64,000 nucleotides of DNA from Bacteroidales bacterium (GCA_038212325.1 JBBQUQ010000003.1:816-64815), one strand, 5' to 3'; positions 7,669-21,600 are shown, numbered from the stretch's first letter. Notes: generated from the letters alone by a model not told the origin. Numbers and translations: made by a program.

Positions 7669-9825
7669 AAGGTTCTCCCTGAAATACAGCGCCATCTTTT
7701 GGTTCAGGTGAACGCGGTCTTTCCCGCGAACATTATGCTCATGGCCCGGGTAGAGGAAGAAATCAACCTGTTTTCCTTCATCCACGCACTTCTTCAGGAA
7801 GGAGAGCGAATTCTGCGGAACAACGGTGCCATCCTGGTCGTCGTGGATGATCAGCAGTTTGCCATGCATATCTTTTACATAATTGAGAAGGCAGGCGTTT
7901 TTATACCCTTCGGGGTTGCTTTGCGGGGTATCCATGTAACGCTCACCGTACATGACTTCATAGTATTTCCAGTCGATGACCGGCCCGCCGCATGATGCTG
8001 CCTTAAAATCTTCAGGATGTTGCAGGAACATCGAAATCGTTAAAAAGCCGCCATAGCTCCAGCCATTGATGCCGATGCGGGTTGAATCGACAAACCCGAG
8101 CGATTTCAGGTAATTCACACCGGCCATCTGATCCTCAACCTCTTTGACGCCCAGGTTGCGGAATATGGCTTGTTCGAAATCGCGGCCGCGGTACGAGGTC
8201 CCCCGGTTGTCGAGGGTGAACACAACAAAACCCAGGTCGGCCAGGTAATTCAGGAACATACCGGCGCCGCCGAGCCATGAGTTGGTGATCATCTGGGAAT
8301 GCGGACCTCCGTAAACATAGATGATGACAGGGTATTTTTTTTCAGGATTAAACCCGGCCGGCTTGATCAATCGGCAGTAAAGGTCGGTGTTGTCCCCGTT
8401 TTTGATCGGGAAAATTGACATTTCGCCCAGTTGAATATCCTTCAGCGGATTGTCGTTTGCCAGGAGGACCTTCACCAACTTTCCCCGGGTATCCAGGAGT
8501 TCTACCTGGCGGGCAATGGTGGTGCTGGTATAGCTGTCAAGGATAAAGCGGCCATCGTCAGAGATTTTCACAGCATGCGTTCCCGCAACGGAGGTGATGG
8601 GGGAGATGGTGCTGTTTTTCAGGTCGAGGCTGTACAACCGGCGTTCGAGCGGGTTGCCTCTGTTGCAAAGGAACCAGGCCTGGCCGGCATTTGCATCGAC
8701 TTTCAGAAACCCGGTAACCTCCCATGGGCCGTTCGTAAGCTGTTTGAGCATGTTTCCGGTAGTATCGTATAAATAAAGGTGGTTGAAGCCGTCGCGCCGG
8801 CTTTCCCAGATAAATTTCCGGGCATCTCCGGCCAGGAATTTCAATTCCTGCTGCGGCTCGACATACGTTTCATTTTTTTCTTCGAAAAGTGTTTTGACGA
8901 AATGGCCTGTAGAGGCGTCATACTTGTTCAGCCGCATGTAATTCTGATCGCGGTTGAGGGTGGCAATGTAGATTGACCGGCTGTCGGGGCCCCAGGTTAC
9001 ATTTGTCAGGTACTCAATCTGCGAGGCGGAATCTGTGTTCACGGGTGATGCGGTTTCAAGGTAGGTGGTTTTCCCGGTGGTCATGTTATAAACACCCAGT
9101 GTAACCTTGTGGCTGGTCATGCCTGCCATCGGATATTTTGTCGGATTGACGGTGGCGATGCGTTGGGAGATATCCACCAGCGGATAATCGGCGACCATCG
9201 ATTCATCCATCCGGTAAAATGCAAGCGATTGCCCATCCGGTGACCAGAATGTTCCTTTCTCAATGCCGAATTCGTTGCGGTGAACCCTGCCTGAACCATA
9301 CACGATTCCACGGTTTTTTTCATCGGTGACAGCCGTCTCCTTGCCTTTCGCGGAGATAAACAGGTTGTTGCCAAGCGTGTACGCAACCTGTTTCCCGGCC
9401 TGGTCAACGTCGGTGTTTTCGGCTTTGTCGCTCCAGGAATTTGCATTGGCGATCGTATTCTTTAACAGGTCGTACCTGAAAAGTTTGTTGTTGTTCAGGA
9501 AGTAAAACTGATCTGCCGACAGGAATGTTATGGCAGGGAATCGCTTCACCGTATCCTGCTTATCAGACCTCAGGAGCATGTTCAATCCATCAAGCCTAAC
9601 AAGGGTATCGCGGCTGCTGTTGGCACCAGATCCCTGAACCAGGCAGTTTTTTGCCACATAGAGAAACCGGTCGGTTCCCGGGCGCCACTGGAGCTGGGCA
9701 AGGTTCGCAGCGCTCAGTTTCGGATTCATATTGGTCGCTTCCTCAACTGTCAGCAGCCGGCCCTGCGCAAACGTCAAACAGGGAAACACGGCCAGGGTAA
9801 ACAGCAAACACAACAATTTGTTCAT
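7666..9825 (-). CDS. dipeptidyl peptidase IV (peptidase family S9B, prolyl dipeptidyl aminopeptidase)
   Basis: It has a long N-terminal beta-propeller region and a C-terminal alpha/beta hydrolase region with GWSYGGF (nucleophile elbow) and the LLIIHDDQD and PGHEH motifs. Start set at ATG 9825 (MNKLLCLLFTLAVFP signal peptide) rather than the track start at 9855. Confidence 0.9.
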   Translation of the reverse strand: MNKLLCLLFTLAVFPCLTFAQGRLLTVEEATNMNPKLSAANLAQLQWRPGTDRFLYVAKNCLVQGSGANSSRDTLVRLDGLNMLLRSDKQDTVKRFPAITFLSADQFYFLNNNKLFRYDLLKNTIANANSWSDKAENTDVDQAGKQVAYTLGNNLFISAKGKETAVTDEKNRGIVYGSGRVHRNEFGIEKGTFWSPDGQSLAFYRMDESMVADYPLVDISQRIATVNPTKYPMAGMTSHKVTLGVYNMTTGKTTYLETASPVNTDSASQIEYLTNVTWGPDSRSIYIATLNRDQNYMRLNKYDASTGHFVKTLFEEKNETYVEPQQELKFLAGDARKFIWESRRDGFNHLYLYDTTGNMLKQLTNGPWEVTGFLKVDANAGQAWFLCNRGNPLERRLYSLDLKNSTISPITSVAGTHAVKISDDGRFILDSYTSTTIARQVELLDTRGKLVKVLLANDNPLKDIQLGEMSIFPIKNGDNTDLYCRLIKPAGFNPEKKYPVIIYVYGGPHSQMITNSWLGGAGMFLNYLADLGFVVFTLDNRGTSYRGRDFEQAIFRNLGVKEVEDQMAGVNYLKSLGFVDSTRIGINGWSYGGFLTISMFLQHPEDFKAASCGGPVIDWKYYEVMYGERYMDTPQSNPEGYKNACLLNYVKDMHGKLLIIHDDQDGTVVPQNSLSFLKKCVDEGKQVDFFLYPGHEHNVRGKDRVHLNQKMALYFRENL

Positions 9826-9831
9826 AGTATC

Positions 9832-9839
9832 CAAAATTA
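9832..9839 (-). promoter_or_regulatory. putative -7 box (TAnnTTTG) for DPP4, near-leaderless geometry
   Basis: TAATTTTG on the minus strand, only 6 nt upstream of the ATG at 9825. Confidence 0.35.
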
Positions 9840-9851
9840 AAAAATTACGAC

Positions 9852-9907
9852 TCACACCTCACCCGTCATGCGTCACGCGTCGCGCGTCACCCCTCACCCC
9901 TCACCTG
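9852..9907 (-). repeat. eight tandem degenerate heptamers NNNNTGA (sense strand), starting with the GGGPS stop codon
   Basis: The plus strand reads tcacacc tcacccg tcatgcg tcacgcg tcgcgcg tcacccc tcacccc tcacctg. On the minus strand 7 of the 8 units end in TGA, and the first is the stop of the 9901-10629 gene. Confidence 0.8.
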
Positions 9908-10629
9908 CTCTCCGCAATCCGCATGATCAGTTCCGGGTCTCTCTCAATGGCATTCCCAACCACCACCAGATCGGCACCTGCATCAAAGGAAGCCTTTGCA
10001 AGTTCAGGACTCGTGATGCCCCCGCCGATGATCAGCGGAAGCCCTATGCTCCCTTTCACCTTGGTAATCATTGCCAAAGGAACCTGATTGGCTGCGCCGC
10101 TCCCCGCGTCCATATAAATTACCTTCATCCCCAGCATCTCCCCGGCCATGGCTGTGCATGCCGCGATATCAGGCTTGAGTGCAGGGATTGGTGTGGTATT
10201 GCTCATGTACGTAACGGCAGTATTGCTGCCGCTTTCGATGAGCATGTAACCTGTGGAAATGATTTCGAGGTTGCTGGCTTTCAGGTATGGTGCCGAGATT
10301 ACATGCCTGCCGATCAGCATGTCGGGGTTTCGTCCGGAAATCAGGGATAAAAGCAGGATGCCGTCGGCCTTGTGGTTCAGTTGCAAGTTGTTCCCCGGGA
10401 ACAGCACCACCGGGATCCGGGTGTTGTCCCTGATGCATGCGATCAGTTTTGCCTGGTTATCGCGCAGCAGCAGGCTTCCACCCAGGAAGAAATAGTCGAC
10501 CGAGGCGGTCTCTGCCAGTTTTGCAGCCAGGGTTAGCGACTTCAGGGTATATTTATCGGGATCGATCAGCACGGCAATTTTTTTTTTGCCTGCTAAAGTA
10601 TCCTTCAACAGCGTTTGATAGAGGTTCAT
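9901..10629 (-). CDS. geranylgeranylglyceryl/heptaprenylglyceryl phosphate synthase family protein (PcrB/GGGPS)
   Basis: 242-aa TIM-barrel pattern: IDPDK, FFLGGS, FPG, LISGRNP, IYMDAGSGA, IIGGGI, VVVGNAIE. Confidence 0.85.
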   Translation of the reverse strand: MNLYQTLLKDTLAGKKKIAVLIDPDKYTLKSLTLAAKLAETASVDYFFLGGSLLLRDNQAKLIACIRDNTRIPVVLFPGNNLQLNHKADGILLLSLISGRNPDMLIGRHVISAPYLKASNLEIISTGYMLIESGSNTAVTYMSNTTPIPALKPDIAACTAMAGEMLGMKVIYMDAGSGAANQVPLAMITKVKGSIGLPLIIGGGITSPELAKASFDAGADLVVVGNAIERDPELIMRIAESR

Positions 10630-10638
10630 AGTACGTGA

Positions 10639-11595
10639 TTAAAATACAGATTTGGCTATCTGGCGGATATTCTCCGATATCCCCACTGAAAAGTAATGCA
10701 CAACAGGAACCCCGAATCTGATCAGCTCTTCCGATTGTTTAATACCCCATTCAATGCCGACTTTGAAGGCATCTTCGTTGTTTTTGCATGCCATAACCTT
10801 CCTTACGAGATCATCGGGAATGTCGATATTGAATATCTGGGGCAGCATGTTGATTTCTTTGACGCCGCAAATTGGCTTGAGGCCGGGGATCACCGGCACA
10901 TTAATTCCCTCCTTGCGGCAGGCCTCCACAAAGTCAAAATACTTACGGTTGTCGAAGAACATCTGGGTGATGATGTATTCGGCCCCCGCGTCGATCTTGG
11001 CTTTCAGGTACTGCATATCATAGGCAAGGTTGGGTGATTCGATGTGCTTTTCAGGATATCCTGCCACACCAACACAGAAATCTGTATGGAAGGTGTTTTG
11101 CAGTTCGTCGTCCAGGTATTTGCCCCTGTTCATGTCGGTAATCTGCGATACCAGCGTGTTGGCGTATGCATGCCCGTTTTTCTCGGGGATGAATGTCCGT
11201 TGATTTTTCGGAGCGTCGCCCCGCAGTGCAAGGATGTTGTCGATGCCGAGGTAATGAAAATCGATGAGGGCATATTCGGTTTCTTCCTTGGTAAACCCGC
11301 CGCAAATGATGTGGGGAACCACCTCCACCTCGGGGTATTTGTATTTGATGGCAGCAGAGATCGCAACCGTTCCCGGACGCTTCCTCACGGTTTTCTTCTC
11401 GAGGAGCCCGTTCTCATGCTTTTTATAAACCACCTCCTCCTGGTGATAGGTCACATTGATAAACGAGGGCCCGTATTCAAGCAAAGGGTCGATGGTGCGG
11501 TAAATGCTGTTTATATTGTGCCCCCTGAGCGGGGGAAGCAATTCGAAGGAAAAGAGGGTTTTATCGGCTTTATTGATCAGGTCGATGACTTTCAT
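10639..11595 (-). CDS. metF: methylenetetrahydrofolate reductase
   Basis: 318 aa. Motifs are FSFELLPP, NVTYH, LRGD, AGYPE.H and ITQMFFD. The gene sits 2 nt downstream of metH. Confidence 0.9.
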   Translation of the reverse strand: MKVIDLINKADKTLFSFELLPPLRGHNINSIYRTIDPLLEYGPSFINVTYHQEEVVYKKHENGLLEKKTVRKRPGTVAISAAIKYKYPEVEVVPHIICGGFTKEETEYALIDFHYLGIDNILALRGDAPKNQRTFIPEKNGHAYANTLVSQITDMNRGKYLDDELQNTFHTDFCVGVAGYPEKHIESPNLAYDMQYLKAKIDAGAEYIITQMFFDNRKYFDFVEACRKEGINVPVIPGLKPICGVKEINMLPQIFNIDIPDDLVRKVMACKNNEDAFKVGIEWGIKQSEELIRFGVPVVHYFSVGISENIRQIAKSVF

Positions 11596-11597
11596 TG

Positions 11598-15284
<3,687 letters not shown>

Positions 15285-15308
15285 TTTTCTGCTTTCTCAT
15301 TCCGCCAT

Positions 15309-15947
15309 TTAAAATGCAATGACCAGCATAAAATCCTCAAATTTTTGATAAAAGAGAGAATATTCGCTGTCACGCCCATCCAGGCGGAGGTCAGCTTTGC
15401 AATAATGGTTTGTATTGCAAAAGTAATCAAACGGATGAATATAGATGTCATTTCTGAAATCCACCATGGGTTCTCCATGCAGTTTGTAAAGCGCCTCCTT
15501 GCCTCCCCAAAACACGTATAATTGTTCAAGACGGCTTTCACCGGCAATGGATTCCAGTTCTTTTTCCTGTAGAAACCGCTCTTTGACCCGCTCCACCCGA
15601 TCCTTCAGGATCTCAATATCGATGCCAACTTTGCGGTTTTCACATAGAACAGCCGCCGCATATTGCCCGGCATGCGACACCGACACATGGTGGCTTCCCG
15701 ATTCGAGGAATGGTTTCCCGTTCCGGTCATAGCAAATGGTTACCGGCAAGGGTGCTAACAAATGTTTTAAGAGGGCCCTGTATGCAAGCCACTGCCTTTT
15801 TCGCAACTCATGGTGAAATGACGTGTATAATGATGCCTCTGTACTGCTTAATTGAACATCAGCAAGCAATTCAGCGGCAGTCTCTGTAATTTTCCAGACT
15901 CCTGCCCGAATGCCGGTGGATGGATTTATTTCTGCGAGGATGGGCAT
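15309..15947 (-). CDS. 4'-phosphopantetheinyl transferase (Sfp-type)
   Basis: GIDIE and WGGKEALYK motifs. Start set at ATG 15947 (MPILAEI) because the longer track ORF start (15977) falls inside the -7 box. Confidence 0.75.
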   Translation of the reverse strand: MPILAEINPSTGIRAGVWKITETAAELLADVQLSSTEASLYTSFHHELRKRQWLAYRALLKHLLAPLPVTICYDRNGKPFLESGSHHVSVSHAGQYAAAVLCENRKVGIDIEILKDRVERVKERFLQEKELESIAGESRLEQLYVFWGGKEALYKLHGEPMVDFRNDIYIHPFDYFCNTNHYCKADLRLDGRDSEYSLFYQKFEDFMLVIAF

Positions 15948-15974
15948 GATGAATTTCCGACGATGATTTTGCGA

Positions 15975-15982
15975 CAAAAATA
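15975..15982 (-). promoter_or_regulatory. putative -7 box for the PPTase-metH-metF string
   Basis: TATTTTTG on the minus strand, 27 nt upstream of ATG 15947. Confidence 0.45.
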
Positions 15983-16016
15983 CGATATATAGTCCTCAGG
16001 GTATTGGTTTTTTATG

Positions 16017-16024
16017 TACTTTTG
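16017..16024 (+). promoter_or_regulatory. putative -7 box for ahcY
   Basis: TACTTTTG, 91 nt upstream of ATG 16116. It is divergent from the PPTase promoter. Confidence 0.4.
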
Positions 16025-16115
16025 CCGCCCGATTCAAGAATTGAGCCGGGGCAGAAAGTCAGGGTTCCTGTTAACTGAATTTTAATTTCACCAATTTAAA
16101 ATAGCTTCCGTATCC

Positions 16116-17537
16116 ATGGAAAACATTGCAACCTCCGCCACAATGAAATACAAAGTAGCCGACATGTCCCTGGCCGAATGGGGAAGAAAAGAAATTGAAA
16201 TTGCAGAAATGGAGATGCCGGGTTTGATGGCGATCCGCAAAAAACATTCTGCCGAAAAGCCGTTAAAAGGCGCCCGCATCAGCGGATCCCTTCACATGAC
16301 GATCCAGACGGCCGTGCTCATTGAGACGTTGATTGAACTTGGTGCTGATGTAAGATGGGCGAGCTGCAACATTTTTTCCACCCAGGATCATGCGGCGGCC
16401 GCGATTGCTGCCAAAGGCATTCCTGTTTTTGCCTGGAAAGGGGAAACCCTCGAAGAATATTGGTGGTGCACCAGCATGGCCCTTGATTTTCCGGGCGGGA
16501 AGGGTCCGAACCTTATCGTGGATGACGGGGGCGATGCCACGATGATGATCCACAAAGGATTTGAAATTGAAAAAAATCCCGAATTGCTGAAAGGTGCCGT
16601 CGAAAATGCTGATGAAAAGGCGTTCATGAAGCAGCTCCGCGAGGTTTATGTTGATGATTCAACCAGGTGGACGCGCACGGTGGCAGAATGGAAAGGGGTT
16701 TCGGAGGAAACCACCACCGGTGTTCACCGCCTTTACCAGATGAAGGAAAAAGGAGCTTTGCTTGTGCCTGCAATCAATGTGAATGATTCTGTTACAAAAT
16801 CGAAATTCGACAACCTTTATGGCTGCCGCGAGTCGCTGGCAGATGGCATCAAACGTGCAACAGATGTGATGATCGCCGGCAAGGTCGTGGTCGTTCTCGG
16901 CTATGGCGATGTTGGCAAGGGATGCGCCCATTCCATGCGCAGCTACGGCGCGCGTGTTATCGTTACTGAAATCGACCCGATTTGCGCCCTGCAGGCAGCC
17001 ATGGAGGGATTTGAGGTGAACACGCTGGAAGCAGCACTGCCTGAAGGCAACATATTTGTAACCACCACCGGGAATAAGGATGTGATCACTGCCGTTCACC
17101 TGTCGATGATGAAGGACCAGTCAATCGTTTGCAACATCGGCCATTTCGACAACGAGATCCAGGTCGACCAGCTCACAAAATGGCCCGGCATCAAATTGAT
17201 CAACATCAAGCCGCAGGTTGATAAATTTGTTTACCCCGACGGTAAGTGCATATACCTGCTGGCAGAAGGCCGCCTTGTAAACCTTGGATGTGCCACCGGC
17301 CACCCTTCGTTCGTGATGTCAAACTCATTCACCAACCAAACCCTTGCACAATTAGACCTGTGGCAGCACAACTATGAAGTGGAGGTTTATCGTTTGCCAA
17401 AAAGGCTTGATGAGGAGGTTGCCAGGCTTCACCTTGAACAAATTGGTGTTAAGTTAACCAAATTGACACAGGAACAGGCCGACTACCTGAATGTCAGCGT
17501 TGACGGACCTTATAAGCCGGAGCATTACAGGTACTAA
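16116..17537 (+). CDS. ahcY: adenosylhomocysteinase
   Basis: 473 aa. It has [27 protein letters not shown], the NAD-binding [10 protein letters not shown] motif, and a C-terminal YKPEHYRY. Confidence 0.95.
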   Translation: MENIATSATMKYKVADMSLAEWGRKEIEIAEMEMPGLMAIRKKHSAEKPLKGARISGSLHMTIQTAVLIETLIELGADVRWASCNIFSTQDHAAAAIAAKGIPVFAWKGETLEEYWWCTSMALDFPGGKGPNLIVDDGGDATMMIHKGFEIEKNPELLKGAVENADEKAFMKQLREVYVDDSTRWTRTVAEWKGVSEETTTGVHRLYQMKEKGALLVPAINVNDSVTKSKFDNLYGCRESLADGIKRATDVMIAGKVVVVLGYGDVGKGCAHSMRSYGARVIVTEIDPICALQAAMEGFEVNTLEAALPEGNIFVTTTGNKDVITAVHLSMMKDQSIVCNIGHFDNEIQVDQLTKWPGIKLINIKPQVDKFVYPDGKCIYLLAEGRLVNLGCATGHPSFVMSNSFTNQTLAQLDLWQHNYEVEVYRLPKRLDEEVARLHLEQIGVKLTKLTQEQADYLNVSVDGPYKPEHYRY

Positions 17538-17542
17538 AAGAG

Positions 17543-17598
17543 ATGGTGAGATGGTGAAATGGTGAGATGGTGAAATGGTGAAATGGTGAGATGGTGAA
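17543..17598 (+). repeat. seven perfect tandem copies of the octamer ATGGTGAR
   Basis: atggtgag atggtgaa atggtgag atggtgaa atggtgaa atggtgag atggtgaa. The array fills most of the 75-nt gap between convergent ahcY and the 17613-18059 gene. It contains no C on the plus strand. Confidence 0.95.
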
Positions 17599-17612
17599 AT
17601 GAGAAGGTTCAC

Positions 17613-18059
17613 CTAATTTGAAACGAAAAGCATCAGGCCGTCGTACATGGTGCTGTACTGCCTGAGTGGAAAATGGGAAGGACCCTGGTAAGGGGTTCCA
17701 TCAGTAAGTATGTACTTTGATTTGCAGATTGGGCAATAACAGGTTGTGCCTGCCGTATCGGCCCTGACCTGGGCACCCTCCACCAACGGGTCATAAGGAC
17801 ATGCGCGGTCAAACGCTGCAAATTCGCTGACTCCCTTCCGGAATATAAGAATCCCTTTATATCCTCCGTAAACAGTCTCCCAGCCATTCACCACATTAAG
17901 GTTAATGTATTGGGTGCCATTCGGGTTAAGGCTGAAATTCACATAAGCATATGGGATTTCAGGTGCCTGCTCCTCTTTTTTACATGAATTTCCCATGATA
18001 ACAAAGGCCATGATCAACAGCAAGGCCATAACATTTTTTACCGGGTTATGTTTTATCAT
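17613..18059 (-). CDS. hypothetical lipoprotein with a degenerate Rieske-like C-terminal domain
   Basis: 148 aa with a lipobox (VIMGNSC). The segment AFDRACPYD-x17-CYCPICKSKY...DG..YQGP...PL..Y resembles a Rieske fold, but both His ligands are replaced. Confidence 0.55.
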   Translation of the reverse strand: MIKHNPVKNVMALLLIMAFVIMGNSCKKEEQAPEIPYAYVNFSLNPNGTQYINLNVVNGWETVYGGYKGILIFRKGVSEFAAFDRACPYDPLVEGAQVRADTAGTTCYCPICKSKYILTDGTPYQGPSHFPLRQYSTMYDGLMLFVSN

Positions 18060-18113
18060 GAAACAAATTTCGTAATTTTAACGTTTGAATTCACACGATA
18101 TTATAATATTGTG

Positions 18114-18121
18114 CAAAGATA
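18114..18121 (-). promoter_or_regulatory. putative -7 box for the 17613-18059 gene
   Basis: TATCTTTG on the minus strand, 54 nt upstream of ATG 18059. Confidence 0.4.
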
Positions 18122-18216
18122 GTCATATGGTTCCCGGGATCTGAGAAAAATCTGTTTTCATAACCGGGGAGAAATGAGGTTTGCAAGGGAACGACTGGTT
18201 GATAAAATTACTTGTT

Positions 18217-18471
18217 ATGGTATGCAAAATCAGGATTGTGTTATATGCATGTTTGCTGGTCCTGCTCCCGGCGATTGTTTGCGGTAGCCCACAGGAAGCC
18301 AGGGTGAACCAAAAAAAAATTGAAAACGACCGGGCGAAAAAGAATAAGAAAGCCAGGAAAGATTATGAAGTGGCGGTTAAACGGCATTTGAAGATGCAAT
18401 CCAAGACAACAAAGGCAAGCATGAAAAAGACGAAAAAGGCAGCCGGCAAGGCTACCCCTTCCAGACATTGA
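18217..18471 (+). CDS. hypothetical small lysine-rich secreted protein (weakly supported)
   Basis: From ATG 18217 the ORF reads MVCKIRIVLYACLLVLLPAIVCG, followed by a highly basic K-rich tail. I recognise no family. Confidence 0.3.
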   Translation: MVCKIRIVLYACLLVLLPAIVCGSPQEARVNQKKIENDRAKKNKKARKDYEVAVKRHLKMQSKTTKASMKKTKKAAGKATPSRH

Positions 18472-18558
18472 AAAGGCGTTTTAACCCATCTTCTTTTCGG
18501 TTCACCGATCGTTGTAACCGTTTTGTATAATAGACTTCAGACTAATTTAGAATGGTTA

Positions 18559-18566
18559 TATATTTG
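18559..18566 (+). promoter_or_regulatory. putative -7 box for the receptor / giant protein / PorV-like operon
   Basis: TATATTTG in an AT-rich region, 97 nt upstream of ATG 18664. Confidence 0.3.
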
Positions 18567-18663
18567 ATTTGCGAAATAAATAATTTTCAGTTTGATTTTA
18601 AATAATTATTACATTTACCGCCTTTTATAAGCGCAATTATAATCTAACATAAAATTGTATGGT

Positions 18664-21600
18664 ATGTTAAGAAATTTACTTTTTACTATTGGTTTTGTAC
18701 TGGCAACCAGCGTGTTGGTATTTTCGCAAACCGGGTCAGGAACCCTCAAGGGGAAAATCACTGACAAGGCCACCAAAGAACCTATCTCGTTCGCCAATGT
18801 TGTAGTTGAAGCCGGGGGCGTGCAGATAGGAGGGGCAACCTCCGATTTCGACGGAAATTTCACCATCAAGCCAATCCCTCCCGGGAAAGTTGACCTGAAG
18901 GCAAGTTTTGTAGGATATAAGCCCTTCATGTATAAAGGAATTTATATTTCACCAGATAAGATTACCTTCCAGAATCTCGAGCTGGAAGCCTCCACAACCA
19001 CCCTCAATGAAATTGAAATTGTGGACTACAAGGTACCCCTGATATCCAAGGACCAGACCACCTCCGGCGGTACTGTGACCTCTGAAGAAATTTCGAAAAT
19101 GGCCAACAAATCGGCGAGTGCTGTTGCCACCACGGTGGGGGGTGTGGCCACCGACGCAAACGGGAACATCACCAGTATGCGCGGTCAGCGTTCGTCCGGA
19201 ACTGTATATTTCATTGACGGAATGCGTGTTACCGGCAGTAATTCCCTGCCGCAGAGCGCAATCGAGCAGGTGGAGGTAATCCTTGGAGGTACGCCGGCTG
19301 CCTATGGCGACGCCACAGGGGGTATTATCAATGTGACCACAAAAGGACCCTCCAGGGATTTTTCCGGGGGTGTTGACCTTCAAACTTCGCAATACCTTGA
19401 TGCGTTCGGTTATAACAGGCTGGGATTGAACTTTACAGGTCCGCTGCTGTCAAAAAAAGATACTGTCCGCAACACCAAAACACCCATCATGGGCTTCTTT
19501 GTTGCGGGTGATTTCATCTATCAGAAAGACGGAGCTCCTGCTGCCTTCCCTTTGTACAGGGTTACCGACGATGTACGAAACAGTCTCACAACCACCCCTT
19601 TGCGTCTTTATGGACAAAATAACGCCGTGTTTTTAAATTCGGAGTTCCTGACCTATGACCAGATGCAAACGACTAAAAGCACCCTGAATACAGCCGGGAC
19701 CAACATCAATGTTTCCGGAAAACTTGATTTCAGGGTTTCTCCCACCATCAATGTCTCTTTTGGTGGTACGTTCACCTGGTACGACAACCGGAGTTTCAAT
19801 TATGCCAATTCCATGATGAACTGGGACAACAATGCGCATGCAAATGGGTATACCTGGCGTTTGAATGGCCGCTTCACCCAGCGGTTCCCGACTCCGTCAG
19901 ACAGCAAGAATTTCATTAAGAATGCATATTATTCAATCGGAGCCGACTTTACAAGGAGCTTCGCCAAAGCAGAGGATGCCGAGCACAAAAACAACTTTTT
20001 TGAGTACGGATATGTCGGCAGTTTTGCCACGCACACCATTCGCGCGTATACCCCGACCGTTGAATATGACTCTGTTTTACAACTCTGGGGACATCTTCAG
20101 AATGGATTCCGCGACACGATTGTGGTTTTTAAAGGTTCAGACATAAACCAGGAGTCATCCAACTGGACGCAGCAGTATTACGGGTTGTTTGACACCCCTA
20201 CAGGACATTATGAGAATATTGATGAGATCATATCCGGTAAAGGTCTTGTGAACGGGATGGAACCGATCGGACCATACCAGGCCTTTGCGGCCATTGGCAA
20301 CAGACCGAATACCTATAATGAAAACACAAGCGACCAGATCGCCGTCAACGCTTCGTTTGCCGCCGACTTCGGCAACCATGAAATTCAGCTCGGACTGCAA
20401 TACCAGCAGCGGAAAAATTCAGGTTATGCCAATGTCGGAGGGCAGTTGTGGGAAGCCATGAAGGGTTTGACAAATGCTCAGCTGAATGACCTGGATCTTT
20501 CCAATCCCCAGGCGATCAGCTCCAACGGGGTATATGTGGATACCATTAACTATTTCCGCAATTATGTATCAACCCTCCAGCGGAATTTCGACATCAACCT
20601 GCGTAACAAGCTTGGGTTGCCCGTTGACGGAACCGATTGGATTGATGTCTATTCATACGACTTTGCAAACAATTCGATCAATTATTACGATCAGAACCAG
20701 CAGCTTCATAATATCTCGGCCAGCCAGCCTTTGTTTTCCATGGACATGTTCAGTGCAGAGGAAGTTTTGAACAACGGTGCCCCTATCGTTAACTATTACG
20801 GCTATGACTATACCGGGAAAAAAATGACAGGGAGCTACAGCTTCGATGATTTCTTTACCCAGCAGGATGCAAGTGGTAATTATACCCGGGCGATCGGGCC
20901 GTATCAGCCGATTTACATCGCAGGGTACATCCAGGATAAGTTTGCGTTTAAAGACCTGATTTTTAATATCGGCGTTCGTGTTGACCGTTTTGATGCAAAT
21001 CAGCCTGTATTAAAGGACCCTTACCTGTTTTATGCTGCGAAAACGGTCAGCGAGGTAACCCAGCTCAACGGGGCGCCTGTATCCATCCCAACGGGTATGG
21101 GGTCTGGTTATGTTGTTTATGTTGATGATGCCAACAATCCAACCTCCATCACCGGTTACCGTACCGGCAACAACTGGTATAATGCAGAAGGCAGTCCGAT
21201 CCTTGACCCTGTGCGTGCCCTGGACCGTGGAAATGGCGTGCAGCCTTACCTGGTTGATCCGTCGAACACCGAGGTGCAGGCAAATGTTTTTCAGGACTAT
21301 GACCCACAAACCAACTGGATGCCCCGTATCTCCTTCTCTTTCCCGATCAGCGACGATGCCCTGTTCTATGCACATTACGACATTTTAACGCAGCGCCCCT
21401 CTACTGCCGACGTTCAGATTCAGCCGATTTCCTATTACTACATTGGCGTAACCGGAGCTTCAGGTACCATCAACAACCCCAATCTTAAGCCTGAAAAAAC
21501 CATTGACTACGAGTTGGGCTTCCAGCAGAAAATCAACAATTCATCATCACTCAAGCTGGCGGTGTTCTATCGTGAAATGCGCGACCAGATTCAGCAGTAT

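Noticed and set aside
9826-9855. Longer track starts for several genes (9855 DPP4, 15977 PPTase, 30953 selU TTG, 44357 MFP, 44359 TetR-2, 50843 queD, 56974 rplU, 22383 and 26711 in the outer-membrane cluster, 18655 receptor TTG)
   Set aside because: The extensions precede the signal peptide or the conserved N-terminus. In several cases they overlap or lie upstream of the TAnnTTTG box, or they overlap the preceding gene. Internal ATGs give canonical N-termini.
15948-16115. Riboswitch (cobalamin, SAM or SAH) in the divergent metH-operon / ahcY leader region
   Set aside because: The region is only 168 nt and holds two divergent -7 boxes. I could not recognise a B12 box or the conserved SAM/SAH riboswitch cores by eye. 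An Infernal/Rfam scan would be needed, so no feature is claimed.
17543-17598. Possible CRISPR array
   Set aside because: The units are 8 nt and directly abutting, with no spacers, and there are no cas genes in the window. It is a simple tandem repeat.
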